From positions 36,828,001 through 36,892,000 of the forward strand of contig NC_043009.1 in the NCBI RefSeq assembly GCF_006345805.1: 64,000 nt of DNA, written 5' to 3'. Numbering within the stretch: the first letter of the stretch is position 1; each line of letters starts with the position of its first letter. Position numbers and translations under genes: made by a program. Positions 11,361 through 24,856 of this stretch are shown here, piece by piece. The notes beneath the pieces are model-generated. The model was not told the DNA's origin. It was given only the letters and a program-made list of their open reading frames with translations, and made no database searches. Origin of the DNA: Octopus sinensis. Lineage: Eukaryota.

Positions 11361-13619
11361 CCTATCGATCGATCAATCTATATACATATACAGATAAATC
11401 TCAACATCTTTGAACTAGTAGCGGTGTTCTGATGATGTGGGTAAACACTAGTTTTAAATTAATTTTATTTAAATTAATTCAATTAATTTTAATATTATCA
11501 TATATTTAGTGGTGTTTATCTGAATGAAACAGCTGTTGAACTCAACATATAATTTTTGCCTTTTTGCTTTATATGCACTCTCAACTATGGAAAAAGTTTG
11601 ACATTGGCATCTACTACTACTACTACTCCACTACTACTACTACTACTACTACACATAGGTTAACTTGGACAATCGAAAAAACTTCAGCCTTATCTGTATC
11701 AGTTTTAACGGGGTTAAACTACGTACTTGTTTGGCATTTGTTCTTGAGCTGTGTTAAATTTATTGATCCTTAAAGGATAAAACGATATGCCGATCTGATA
11801 GGGAATTAACTACAAAATATAAAGAGAAGGTAACTAGAGATCAAAAAATATTTCGTGTCTGATATTATAACGTGATGTTCAAATCTGCACTGCTGCATCT
11901 TTCATCCAATAGGTTACAAAGGAGTTATCAAACACTAAATGCACTTTATAGCAAAATTTAACTTTCTTTTTTTGTCTTTGGTCAGTAAGTGTAATTTCCT
12001 ATTTACTTCCATCTTGAAACCAAAGGAGATGACCACTATTCTCTTCAAACTTTGTTTTGTGTTCTGGACATGACTGTTTAGAAATTGACCTATCTTTCAT
12101 TACATTTCAGACAGATTCAGCGCTGATATTTCTGATGCAGAACTATTGTTATTAGCAAATATTCTGCTTAGTACCACAGATTTGATTGCCAGTTGCTTCT
12201 CCATAACCCCTAGAGCATGTCCCCTAGAGGCTAATAAAAATATGTGCATCTCTAATCCTGAGCAGGAGCCGGGGAACATCATGAACATGTGTTGAGAAGG
12301 ATTCTTTGTGTTTTGAATAAATATAAGAAAAGCAAAGTCTGGAGGAAATGTTAGCTTTTCAGTTTGGCTACCAACTTTCGAAAGTTCAAAGTTTATTGAA
12401 AATTTTAAAATTTGCTATATTAATGTAGTTTTCAAAGCTGAATCTCGGGAGATATTTCACTTTTTCCAGAAAAAAATATTTTAAAAAAGTTGTAGAGGTT
12501 AAGAAAAGAGGATTTGGAAGCTGTTATTTTGTGTGTGACCGAACGTGTCGTCAACAGTAAACAAATGAAACACTGGCGTAATACTGCTTTACGTACGCCA
12601 TATGACCTTTTAATTTTTTTATTTTTGAATTTTCAGAAAAGTTTTGCAAATTTGTAATTTATACACGGGAATTCCTACGATTAGGCAAAAGCCAAAACAA
12701 ATAAATTGGGGCTGCGCGATTTAAGGCATATTTAGCTGTTATTCTTAATACATCTCCCCACCACCTCATGAATAGAATATATTTGTCAACACGAACTATC
12801 CCGCAGACAAAAGAGTTCTCATGCTTGGCTTGTTACTATGAAAACAGGCATGAATGTGTATGTGGCTTACGACTGGCTAAAATTACTCAAAATTTGCAAA
12901 CTTCAAAAGCTATTAACTCTCTATTTAATGATTTATGGCGAAAATAAATGTCAAGATCATTGATTAGCATATAAAACCTATCATTAAACCGAATATGAAA
13001 TCTATTCGAACACAAATTGAAGAGATTGAGTATTGGCATCCCAAAAGAAAAGATCCCAAAACAGTTGCAGACCAAGGACAAAAATCGTGTTACACAGTGT
13101 TATTGAACTTACATCTATACTTGCATACAAAACATATTTTTACAGTTTTGAATGGAGGCAAATTAGTTATCCCTTTTAATCAAATGGGATTTGAACCTAG
13201 AACGATAAGGTAACGAGTTTACAAGCTGGCTCAAATAATTCATCAGTCTTCACATTCCACATCGAAAAGTTCTGTAAAAGTTAACAACAGGAAATGAAAT
13301 TAAGCAGTGAGTCATCGTCATTGTAAATCAGATAAGCTAGATTGATACATATATATATAGAGAGAGAGGAAGATAGATAAAAATAGAGTAGGTGTGGTAG
13401 TGAGGGGGAGAGTGAGTGTGAGGGCGTGAATGAGAGAACATGGTTGGATTAAACAGAAAAACGCCAAATTTGCGAAAACAGTCAAGAGTATGCAGGAAAA
13501 GAATGGAGATAGATCTGGTGGTGGTGTGAGTAAATAATAGAGATAGGCAGATGGAGGGAATGAAGGGAACAAAGAGAAAGAAAAATGAGGAAGACATGGG
13601 CATAGATAGGTAGAGATAC

Positions 13620-13661
<42 letters not shown>

Positions 13662-14369
13662 AAAGAGAGAGAGAGAAGGAGAGCGAGAGAGTATTAGTAG
13701 TGTGTGACAGAGTAGGAGATAAAGGAGAACTATTTTGTAGACAAGGAGAGTCATTGGTGATGAAACATTGCAGCCAACTCAAATGGCATGTAACATGGAA
13801 AGTGTTTAAAGAATATAAGTATGAATATATGTGTGTATGTATATGTGCATTATGACGTTCTACGAATGAATGAATTATGAATGCATGTGTATGTATGAGG
13901 TTGTATGCTTAAGCTTTGAAATATATCGAAATAAATATTATTATATGCACAGTTAGTTACTGGTAGTATTTTGACTTGTAGTTCAAATGTATCAGTTATC
14001 TTGCAATGCTTATCACTAGAATTTATACTATGGTGACCGAGAGAGTAGCAAAACTGTTGTACAAGCTTTTGTTACTCCAATCCAATGATGTATACGCATT
14101 TGACTCAAGTAGATTCGTCAACATTCAAGCAAGAGTGGACAAAGAAGTTTACAAACACAAATAAGCATATTATTATGTATATATGTATGTGCCCTGAGCA
14201 TATCATTAAATTGCATTCGGTGGTGAGGCTTCAATTCAAGAGTTCTGGAGTTGTGGGGAGTATGATGTCACTTCTTAATTAACCATTACTCCCAAGTCCA
14301 TTCTGACTCGGAACGATTGTAACTGTTAGTGTCTCTTGTATAGGTTAAATAAACTTTCCAGAGATCGAG

Positions 14370-14900
14370 GAGGCTTGTTATTTTTGACAAAGCAGTGGGA
14401 AAGGAAGCTCTTCAGGGAGTAAGATACTCTGACATAAAACTTGCCGTCAAAATAGTACAAGTCATTTTGCAATGCTTGATACTGAAATCTACAACTAGTG
14501 CGGCCGAAGGGTGGCAAAAGTGTTGTAAATCCAATGACGTGCAGATGTCTCACTCTATCATCATATTTCTTGTCCTATGGAAATGGATGCGTGGCGTGAA
14601 AAGTTATATCCGAGCACAAGCGAGAATGAAAATAATTCAGAAAAATCAGACTGAATATGAGAGGCTATTATCTGACAAGATGAGGCAATCAGATTCTGAG
14701 AACTTTCGGTCTAGAGATGCCCACACCATCATCCTTCTCTACTCTACTTTTTGCTCGACCCCCACCTTGAGTACTGTTGCCCACTGTAGTGTCCCCATAC
14801 GCTACATCATTTGTGTGATGTGGAAAATATTCTTTGAGACTTTTATGTATGGCAAAGCTCCAGAAGAACATGTTCCTTTTTATACTTGCAAATAGTTGAA
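14370..14900 (+). mobile_element. CR1/L2-group LINE reverse-transcriptase C-terminal relic
   Basis: FRSRDAHTIILLYS followed after a frameshift by RPHLEYCCPL (14756-14783), a CR1/L2 RT C-terminal motif. Confidence 0.6.
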
Positions 14901-15060
14901 GAAACATCTTGATGTTCCGGATGGAGAGAGGAAGATAAATATAGGCATATTTGCTTTTTTTTACATGGGCATATTCGGCAATTTCTATTTCGGTTTTTCT
15001 ATTTTTCACTTGGTTTGTGGACATCGATTAATTTCTAATTTGTTTTAGAGCGCTATTGGT

Positions 15061-15133
<73 letters not shown>

Positions 15134-15577
15134 GTATATATATATATAGTTAATCCAAACATGAAAAAACACCAAGAGAAAACACAACAACGCGAGGACG
15201 TGGAACAAATATATTATTATTGGAAGCTCTCAGGAGGAAGGGAAGAAGGAGGGTTTAACGTTTCGAGCGGAGCTCTTCGTTGGAAACATAGGAGAAGGAA
15301 AGATCCAGAGAAGGGAAGACAGAGGAAAAAATATTCATATATATATTCTTTTATTCTTTCTTTTACTTGTTTCAGTCATTTGACTGTGGCCATGCTGGAG
15401 CACCACACAAGGACAGAAACGCACGCCTGCTAGCTTACATGCAAATACATGCAGACAGACACACACATACACGCGCGCCCGCACTCACGTAAATGCGCGT
15501 ATCGAAATGTATAAATACTTATATTCATGAGTATGTATATGTGATAGCATCGGAGAAAGAAATGAGAGAAAAAGAGT

Positions 15578-15611
<34 letters not shown>

Positions 15612-15707
15612 AAGACTGAGGTAGGGGAATTTTCTATAGAAAGGACGACACACGCTGACAAACATGCACACGTACAGACACCAATGTATGTACATACAGA
15701 TACATCT

Positions 15708-15743
<36 letters not shown>

Positions 15744-15894
15744 GCATACACATTTATATAGAAGACGTAAAAAAAGACAGAGTGATGGTGAGTTTGGATG
15801 GCTGTTTGATTAATGCGTGTGTAATTTGATATCGAAAATTTAAAAGATGGGCAGAGACTGAATCGCTTAGTCATCTTACTGGATGGAAGCAGTT

Positions 15895-15896
15895 AC

Positions 15897-15958
<62 letters not shown>
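15895..15958. repeat. (TAC)n microsatellite
   Basis: Directly visible. Confidence 0.95.
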
Positions 15959-16978
15959 GACAATCGGAAAAAGAAATTAAGTCACTGTCAACGAAGTGAC
16001 TAAACGCGAATTTGTCCGGAATTTATATGTATTTATCGTAGCAACAGATATGTCGCCCAGTTTCGTTGCTTTTTTTTTAGAAAATTGTCCTACAGCCATT
16101 AAAGGAGTAAATGACATGGGTGTCAGTGCGTGTGCGTATTTGTATGTGAGTGTGTGTGTGTGTGTATGTGTGTGTGCGCGCGCGTACATTATTGCGTAAA
16201 TGATTTACTATTGCGAGAGGAATCCATCATTATTATGTGGCTGTTGTTCTTATTGTTGCTTCTGTTGCTAATATCATTGGTGTTATTAAGGCAGAATCTT
16301 TAGCACTCCAGGCAGAATGCTTAGCATCATCTTTGACAGTTTTTCTGCGATTGGTCTAATCGACTTATCCCTTTCCCGAAAATGCCGACCTTGTGCCAAG
16401 ATTTGAAGCCAATATTACTGGTATTATTGTTGTTGCCGTTAGTTCTGTTTGACCCTAGGTCAGTCCTTTCGAGCAGGCTCCAATGGTTAAAGCCAGACAT
16501 TCTTTTTGAAGTCTCTGAACTTAATCAGTTACCATTTCGATTATTCATTTATACGCGCGCGCAACGCACACACGCATGTTATATATGAACACACACATAC
16601 ACACACACACATATATATATATAATGAAAGAAAGTGTTGAATACAGTGCTCAGGTGCACTACAACTAAAAAAAAATGGCCATCAGGTGTATTGTTATCGG
16701 ATTTCAGGATACATGAAAGTTTTGAAGGATGTACTGTCTTGATAGCTAACAACTGATGCAGGTAGTTTATTCCATCCAAAAGCAATTCTGAGCATGAAAA
16801 AATTTTTCCGAAAGTCGTGCGTGCTGTGATGTTTTTCGATTTTATAAGCATGTCCGCGAGTGTTTGTCATATGGAATTCAAAAGACTGCCTGAGGCTGTT
16901 GTAGGAAAGATGGTGGATAATCTTGTGGGTACAGACGCAGGCGAAGAGACATCAACACAGTTGGATGCACAATATAGC

Positions 16979-17023
<45 letters not shown>

Positions 17024-17031
17024 ACACACAC

Positions 17032-17064
<33 letters not shown>

Positions 17065-17109
17065 TATATTATATTATATATATATATATATATATATATT
17101 ATATTATAT

Positions 17110-17152
<43 letters not shown>

Positions 17153-17174
17153 CCGTCTTTATTTATATTATATA

Positions 17175-17569
17175 TCTTTATATATAAAAGTGAGGTTGTG
17201 TGCTGTCTGTCTCCTACGATTTAAATTCCTAACTACTCCCACATTTTGCGGTGCAGTTTAACCAAAACCGGGTATCTTATAGTCGTGATTCATATCGAGC
17301 CCTTCTGGGTATTAGCGCGCGTCTACGATGAGTCTACGATTAAAAAAAAAAATTACCATCAATTTTTCCCATTTTTAATGCATTTTTGACATATATAAGG
17401 AAAGTAACTCTCTAAAAATTTAATAAATCTCAGAACGTAAAATGCTACAGCAACACCACACCCCTTTGTGGTTAGCCATATTGAGATGGCTATTATACTT
17501 TACATCTCTAAAAATGCTTATATAGTTATTTCCCTTACAAATCCGAGCAACGCCGGGCGATACTGCTAG
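17175..17569 (+). mobile_element. Non-autonomous Helitron, family A, copy 2
   Basis: A|TCTTTATATATAAAA ... ccgagcaacgccgggcgatactgCTAG|T. Confidence 0.85.
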
Positions 17570-17585
17570 TATAAATATAAATAAA

Positions 17586-17806
17586 GACGGCGAGATGGCA
17601 AAAACGTTAGCGCGCCGGGCGGAATGCTTAGCGGTATTTCGTCTGCCGTTACGTTCTGAGTTCAAATTCCGCCAATTTTGACTTTGCCTTTCATCCTTTC
17701 GGAGTCGATAAATAAAGTACCAGTTACGCACTGTAATCGACTTAATACCTTTGTCTGTCCATGTTTGTCCCTCTATGTTTAGCCCCTTGTGGGCAATAAA
17801 GAAATA
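17586..17806 (+). mobile_element. tRNA-derived SINE (ggcggcgagctggcag family), monomer
   Basis: A-box-like tggcaaaaacgttag; B-box gagttcaaattccgcc; body tttgcctttcatcctttcgg.gtcgataaa; ends gaaata before (TA)n. Confidence 0.85.
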
Positions 17807-17834
17807 TATATATTTGCATATATATATGTATATA

Positions 17835-17894
<60 letters not shown>

Positions 17895-18453
17895 ATACAG
17901 TCAATTAAAATGGAATCCCACTAAGCAGACGGGAATATCTTAGTGAATAAAATATCTTTTCAAAGGAACAAAAGTATTTTCCTAAACTTCAAACCCAAGT
18001 GTGAATTTGTTATTCTGTTACTTTGTCGTTTTTGTTAAATTCATCTTTATATTATAGCGCTGCTATACTGTTGTATTTATATTATTAAACACATTTATAT
18101 TTCAAATTTTGTAAATTGCTCATATTTTTTCTTTCCGATTTAGATGAGAGTGACTGACATAAAACTTTAGTATCTAGTGCAATGTCTTTCGTGGAAAATT
18201 ACAAAGTACAAGTAATACTTATGTACTTATATCCAACGACACTTACATATATTAATACTTATAAACCATAATACTTATATATAGGTGTCTCGCCCTTCTT
18301 TTACTATTTCTCTTGCTCTGCGTGTGCGTGTATGTTTGTGTATGTGTAAAATATAATACATACATACATACATACATACATACATAAATACATACATACA
18401 TACATACATACATACATACATACATACATACATACATACATACATACATACAT

Positions 18454-19125
18454 AATGAAATCCACCGGAAGGACAACCCCGACGACAAAGGAATAAGAAC
18501 CCACAATAGGATAGAAGCCATAGCCACTCATAATAAAAAGGAGTACTGCTGGAATGTCCCAGTGAAAACCCCAATAAAATGTAAACACAATAGTCCTGAT
18601 AAGATGATTTGGGATAGAGAAGAGAAACTGCGCACAGTTGTGGAAATTAGTTGCCCAGCAGATGTTAACATAAAGCTGAAAGTTAGTGAAAACGAGAACA
18701 CTTACGCTGAATTATAGAAAAATCTGCAGTTACTCTATCCAGATTACAAGTGCAGGTTTATACCTGTAATTATTGGGGTACTGCGATATGTAACACATTA
18801 CCTAAATACCAATCATGAGAAATTAGGCTTCTCAAAACCAGAAAGGAGAAAGCTGATTCGATGATTACAGATCCTACCCATCACTGGAACTGTACAAATC
18901 TGTAAAACTTTCCAGATGTTAATCATTTAAGTATATATGAGCATGTCTAGATATGCAACTATTTGGATGAGAATACATACATAAAACAAAGTATACAAAT
19001 CTGCACGTATACATACAAAAATACCCTGTTGTTGATGTTGAAATTCCAATGAAGATGTCTAGGATCTAGGTTAGAAACCAGCTCTTTCTCTGTTGGTAAG
19101 AAATCTTGAAATAAAACTGAATGAC
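18454..19125 (+). mobile_element. 5'-truncated non-LTR retrotransposon with restriction-like endonuclease (R4/Dong/NeSL-type)
   Basis: Frame from 18454: NEIHRKDNP...KHNSPDKMIWDREEKLRTVVEISCPADVNIKLKVSENENTYAEL*KNLQLLYPDYKCRFIPVIIG; PD...E.SCP...K/Y REL pattern; two stops; ~200-bp 3' UTR; (TACA)n on both sides. Confidence 0.8.
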
Positions 19126-19358
19126 ATACATATATACATACATACGTACATCCAAACATGCACACAGACAGACAGACAGACAGACAGACACACACACACA
19201 CACACACACAAACACATATATGTGCTGTATGTAGAAATTGACCAGATTACAAAAGTAAAAGTGAAAGAGTAGATACTTAATCCACTTGTTGACAGTTCTT
19301 TCGTGATCTGTGTTACTTATATAAGTGATGCTTCATAACTATCAAGCAATTGTAAATG

Positions 19359-19420
<62 letters not shown>

Positions 19421-19579
19421 CAAAATGGGACAATAACGCGAAACATCCAGACAGTTAGGTGATGCAAGAAAGGGACAACAAAAATCCTCCAGATAGACGA
19501 TACAAAGAAAACAAGGACGGGTCATTCGGAGTTTTCTTTCGTCAGTCGAGTTCCTTATTATTTTTGCAATTTCGGCTGG

Positions 19580-19638
<59 letters not shown>

Positions 19639-19714
19639 TATATATATATATGATAGACCGTTAGCTCCTACACGCATTTTTTTCTCTCCTTGTTTCTCTC
19701 GTTGTTTTTTCTGT

Positions 19715-19756
19715 GTCCCTTTCTGTAGAAGAGCGTAGGCTCGAAACGTAAAAGAC
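19715..19756 (+). ncRNA. Hammerhead-like variant lacking loop III (core position 6 = U)
   Basis: GUC-cc-UUU [CUGUAGA] A GAGC-guag-GCUC GAAAC GUA / AAA-GAC; stems I and II pair; stem III reduced to palindromic ACGU. Confidence 0.5.
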
Positions 19757-19850
19757 TTTTTCTATTCCTGAGCGCCATACTAATACATCTGTTTGTTTGT
19801 ACTCCACCTGCCTTCGTCTTTTGTTTATTTTCGTAAACCTTCCCGTTATA

Positions 19851-19896
<46 letters not shown>

Positions 19897-20645
19897 TGCA
19901 TGCATCGAAAGAAGAAGATAGTCATGCACATACATAACGAACAGGCTACATTTAAAAAATGTCATGGCTGGTTAAAACATCTCTCTCTGCTATAAATAGC
20001 AAATAGTTTTATTATATGGTCACAAACAATAAATGTATTCGGCAGATTTCCCTCTTTGCAAATCCTAGAATTATCATATATGGCGACAATTAACGAGACG
20101 ACGGCAGTAGACAAACACGAATTTAGAATAGGAATACAATAAAATATTGTGAATCACATACAGTAAAATAAGAAAATAAGAAAGAGTAAATTCTTTATTC
20201 TTTTATTCTTTTTTGTTGGTTTCAGTCGTAGGACTGCAGCCTTAACTTGCAGCAGCTGATATTCCGTGAGTGTATTCTTGAATTATTGGCTGGTCCGGTT
20301 TCGTCAAAGATTTGCTTTCCAAAAATTTAGCTGACCGTTCCCTAATGTCTAAATAAATAAACCATATGATAAAAAATCGAGAATAAGAAAACATAAATGA
20401 ATAAATAAATAAACGAATAAATAGAATGATAAGTATCCAGAAAATATAGAAAATATTAAAAAAAAATTGGAGTTTTATTATCGAGATAGTTGGCCTGGCT
20501 TATTAAAGACAATACATGGTCTTTAGTAGAGGTACTTTGGTACATAGCAAATTGGCATAGGCTTGGAATTTCACGCATTGCTGATTCAGAAGGACAGGAA
20601 TATCATTTGAAGACCATTGATAACGGAACCAATACACACACACAC

Positions 20646-20682
<37 letters not shown>

Positions 20683-20828
20683 GCACACACACACACTTCA
20701 TATGAATATTCCCACAGACTATTTTACTCGTACTTTCACATATACACGCTCACACACACACCAGTTCTTATACAACATATTTGTATCAAAAGAGTAATTT
20801 CATAAATAGTCGAAGTTTATTATTATTA

Positions 20829-20865
<37 letters not shown>

Positions 20866-21149
20866 GTCGATACAATAAAGTACCAAACATGTACTAGAGT
20901 CGATAGTATTAATTAGACCCTCCCATCAAAAACTACTGGCTTTGTGCCTAAATCATTAACTATTATTATTATATTATTATATTATTATTATCTATGTTTG
21001 ACTTTTGCTTTATATTTGTACAAGTTGGCCTCAAGTTACCCAGAGACCATCAAAGAGACAACAGGGTTGGAAGTCATGTTGTTTTATGCCTAGTGTGCCA
21101 TATATTTGGGGGGTGGGGATGTTGTACTAATGAATGTCTAAAAAAAAAA

Positions 21150-21220
21150 AAAATATTATTATTATTATTATTATTATCATTATTATTATTATTATATTAT
21201 TATATTATTATTATTATTTT

Positions 21221-21253
<33 letters not shown>

Positions 21254-21260
21254 ATTATTA

Positions 21261-21332
<72 letters not shown>
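21150..21332. repeat. (TAT)n microsatellite
   Basis: Directly visible. Confidence 0.95.
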
Positions 21333-21333
<1 letters not shown>

Positions 21334-21454
21334 TGCGATATATGGTGAACTTTCTCGAATTTTTTTTTATAATGATCAAATGTTCGTGCCGCACATTAGC
21401 TCACTCTCTCCATCAAATCGACGCTGTCTGAACAGGCGCACCGTGTACCACTCG

Positions 21455-21592
21455 TCAGGTGTCGAAGCGATCGCAGACCAATGTGAAATGAAATGTTTTG
21501 CTTAAGAACACAACACACCACCCGGCCTAGGAATTGAAATCACGATCTCGCGACCGTAAGTACAACACTCTAATCACTAGCCCATACGCCTT
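21455..21592 (-). mobile_element. Decayed tRNA-derived SINE, head type B
   Basis: Reverse complement aaggcgtatgggctagtgattagagtgttgtac...gatttcaattcctaggccgggtggtgtgttgtgttcttaagcaaaacatttcatttcacattgg. Confidence 0.6.
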
Positions 21593-22298
21593 GCGATATA
21601 TACATATATACATATTAATATGCATACAAGTACAGACAATAATTACACATATATACTTACAACCATTCACACTCTATCGAGCTACCCCGCTATGAGGCCT
21701 ATGACTTAGGATATACTGTACTATAGCTGAAGTTACATATTATGTAAATGAGAACAACAACCTAAAAGGGTGTAATCAGATACAAAATAAAATAAAGTAC
21801 AGGAAACATATATCTAGAAGTACGTTAAAGGGGTCAGATTTTACATTAAACTTGTAGTATTTTTAGCACACTAGAGTTTATAATAAAAGTGTAATTATTA
21901 GAATAATATAGAGAGCGGGTGGACCAGTGGTGCATTTGTGTACATGATATAACTAATTTATGAGAAAAGGATTACAGCTAATAAGATCAGATTAACGATA
22001 TACACTAATCGTATTTTAATATCACTATCTCTATGTGGTAATACTGAATTGCCAATCAAAATCAAACCAATATGGATTGAGATGAGATAAACGAAGGAAG
22101 GTAGAGAAATACTGAAACATAAAAAAATAGAAGTTATACTAACTGGAAGGGTAAGACCTACAGGGCTTGACTAGTAATACTAATATCAATAGTGCATTTA
22201 GGCTAGAGCTAATACTTGTTAAATTTACCACTACAGATTTTTATGGACCTTATAGCCAAAACTGATTTGTTACGATTGAAGATGGATTAATGGATAAT

Positions 22299-22350
22299 GG
22301 ATGTATATGCATGTTTCAGGACTCCTTGCCTCTTCTTCAGTACCACATCC
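22299..22350 (-). ncRNA. Decayed type-I hammerhead ribozyme
   Basis: GGAU-gug-GUA [CUGAAGA] AG(a)GGC-aagga-GUCCU GAAAC augc AUA / UAC-AUCC; core intact but triplet is AUA (C-A mismatch in stem III) and stem II is bulged. Confidence 0.55.
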
Positions 22351-22590
22351 AACCCATTAAACAGCTGCAAACTCATTGCTTAGATAGCCACTAAAAAGTA
22401 TATAGTATGTAATATATAATGGTTGCATAACAAAATATGATATCCCTACACATAATTAAGAGCATCTGTCTATCTCTCTATAGATAGATGTGTGTTTGTG
22501 TTCATCCCTCGCACAGCTTGATAACAAATGTTGGCTTGATCATGCACCGACAGCTAGTAGTTCGACAGAAAGAGTCCGATAGAATAAGTA

Positions 22591-23010
22591 AGGGCGGCGA
22601 GCCGGCAGAAACGTTAGCACGCCGGGCGAAATGCTTAGTGGTATTTCGTCTGTTTTTACGGTCTGAGTTCAAATTCCGCCGAGGTCGCCTTTGCCTTTCA
22701 TCCTTTCGGGGTCGATAAATTAAGTACCAATTACGTACTGGGGTCGATATAACCGACTTAATCCGTTTGTCTGTCCTTGTTTGTCCCTTCTGTGTTTGGC
22801 CCCCCTTGTGGGTAGTAAAGAAATAGGTATTTCGTCTGTCTTTACGGTCTGAGTTCAAATTCCGCCGAGGTCGACTTTGCCTTTCATCCTTTCGAGGTCG
22901 ATAAATTAAGTACCAGTTACGCACTGGGGTCGATGAAATTTACTCAATCCCTTTATCTGTTCTTGTTTGTCCCCTCTATGTTTAGCCTCTTGTGGGCCAA
23001 AAAGGAAATA
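22591..23010 (+). mobile_element. Dimeric SINE (head plus second B-box unit) with 10-bp TSD, nested in a CORE-SINE tail
   Basis: ggtatttcg at 22640 and 22826 (186-bp period); agaataagta at 22581-22590 and 23011-23020. Confidence 0.85.
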
Positions 23011-23329
23011 AGAATAAGTACCAGGCTCAAAAATATGTACTGGGTTCGAATTGTTCGAGTGAACCCTTCAAGATGCTGGTTAAGTATGTTCGCAGTTCAA
23101 TGACTGAAACATGTAGAAGATAAAAGAAGAAAAGAAGTTGGTAGTAAGCTCAAGAACATAGGATCGTAAAATCGATTCCTGGACCAGGCCTCACGCTGCA
23201 TCCTTGAACAAGATACTTCATTTCCCGTTATTCCATGAACATGAATTCCGATCAATTACATCTCCTTCCGACTGTCATATCCTGGATATTCAGCTGGATC
23301 AGAGGTGACAGAACTTACAATCTTTTTAT

Positions 23330-24505
23330 CATTTACTTGCTTCAGTCATTAGACCGCAGCCACGCTGGGGCACCGCCTTGGAAAATTTTTAGTCGAACGA
23401 ATCGACCTCAGTACTTATTTTTCTTAAAGCCTGGTACTTATTCTATCGGTCTCTTTTGCCGAATCGCTATGTTATGCGGACGTAAACACACCAACACCGA
23501 TTGTCAAGTAGTGGTGGGGGACACAAACATATACATTTGTACATATACATATATATAGGTGGTATAAAAAAGTTCTCGGACTAGTTTCGCAGCACGCCAA
23601 CAGATGGCAGCACACGGTTGCATGCGCAGTGAAAGCTAGCAGTGACCTTCATGAGACAGTGTGTCAAGTGACATCGATGTGCTTACTTTGCAAGTTTTGA
23701 AATTTGTATTTTTGTGATTACGTGTATGCTGTAGTCTGCGATTGTTGACATGGACAGGAAATTGGAACAAAGAGCCAATGTGAGATTTTGCGTTAAACTT
23801 GGGAATTTTGTTTCAGAGACATTGAGCATGCTTCAGCAAGCTTGCGGCAACGTGGGTGTACGCAATGTTTCGAGTGACACGGGTGCTTCAAAAGTGAAAG
23901 AACGTCCCTGGAAGATGAAAAGCGAGCTGGAAGACCTGTGTCAGCCCTCGGAAATGTAGAGAAATTTCATCAACTTGGGTGTGAGGATTGTCGGAAGACA
24001 ATCAATGACGTTTTGAAGCATTTGAGGGAGAACATTTGCGTCCAGATCTGTGGAGCGCAGACTATTGGATTCTTCACGACGACAATGCACTCTGTCACCG
24101 AGTTCTCTCTCGTGAGTTTCTCGCAAAAAAAAAAATAGCATGGTATCGCTTCCGTATCAACCTGTTCGCCAGATTTCATCTCTTCCCCAAGATGAAAATG
24201 TAACTCAAAGGTCACCATTTTAACACCACAGTCGAATGCTGGGACCGATGTATTACTGCGCAAGATGACTATTTGGAAAGAGAAGTTGTAAATAAGTTAT
24301 TTTTTATTAAATAAAAATAACTAATCCCGGAACATTTTGATACCACCTCGTATGTATGTACTCACACGACAGGCTTCTTTCAGCTTCCGTTTACTCACAA
24401 AGCCTTTGTCGGCCCGAGGATATAGTAGAAGACACTTGGCCAAGGTGCCACGCAGTGGAACTGAACCCGGAACCGCAGAGTTGCACGCAAACTTCTTACC
24501 GCAGT
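23330..24505 (-). mobile_element. CORE-like SINE split by a mariner insertion
   Basis: Tail at 23330-23545 and head/CORE at 24360-24505, both minus; mariner sits in the internal TA tract. Confidence 0.75.
23554..24352 (+). mobile_element. Internally deleted mariner (~800 bp)
   Basis: TIRs ggtggtataaaaaagttctcggactagtt / aactaatcccggaacattttgataccacctcg|ta; MDRKLEQRANVRFCVKLG N-terminus and HDDNA-like C-terminal relic. Confidence 0.85.
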
Positions 24506-24600
24506 CCACGTTGGTATTTAATTTTTATCCGTGATTTTTATTGCTTATTGTCGTTAGTCTTAATCGTACGTTCTTTCTTGTCCCAGAACCTAGGAATCAA

Positions 24601-24618
24601 CTGCTGCTGCTACTACTA

Positions 24619-24685
<67 letters not shown>

Positions 24686-24695
24686 GTTGCTACTG

Positions 24696-24727
<32 letters not shown>

Positions 24728-24743
24728 GTTGCTGCTGCTGCTG

Positions 24744-24781
<38 letters not shown>

Positions 24782-24856
24782 GTTGCTGCTGCTGCTGCTA
24801 CTACTACTACTACTACTACTACTGCTGCTGCTACTACTACTACTACTACTACTCTT

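Noticed and set aside
19515-19552. Minus-strand CTGACGA...GAAtgacccGTC motif
   Set aside because: GAAA is replaced by GAAU, stem II is weak and proximal stem I does not pair
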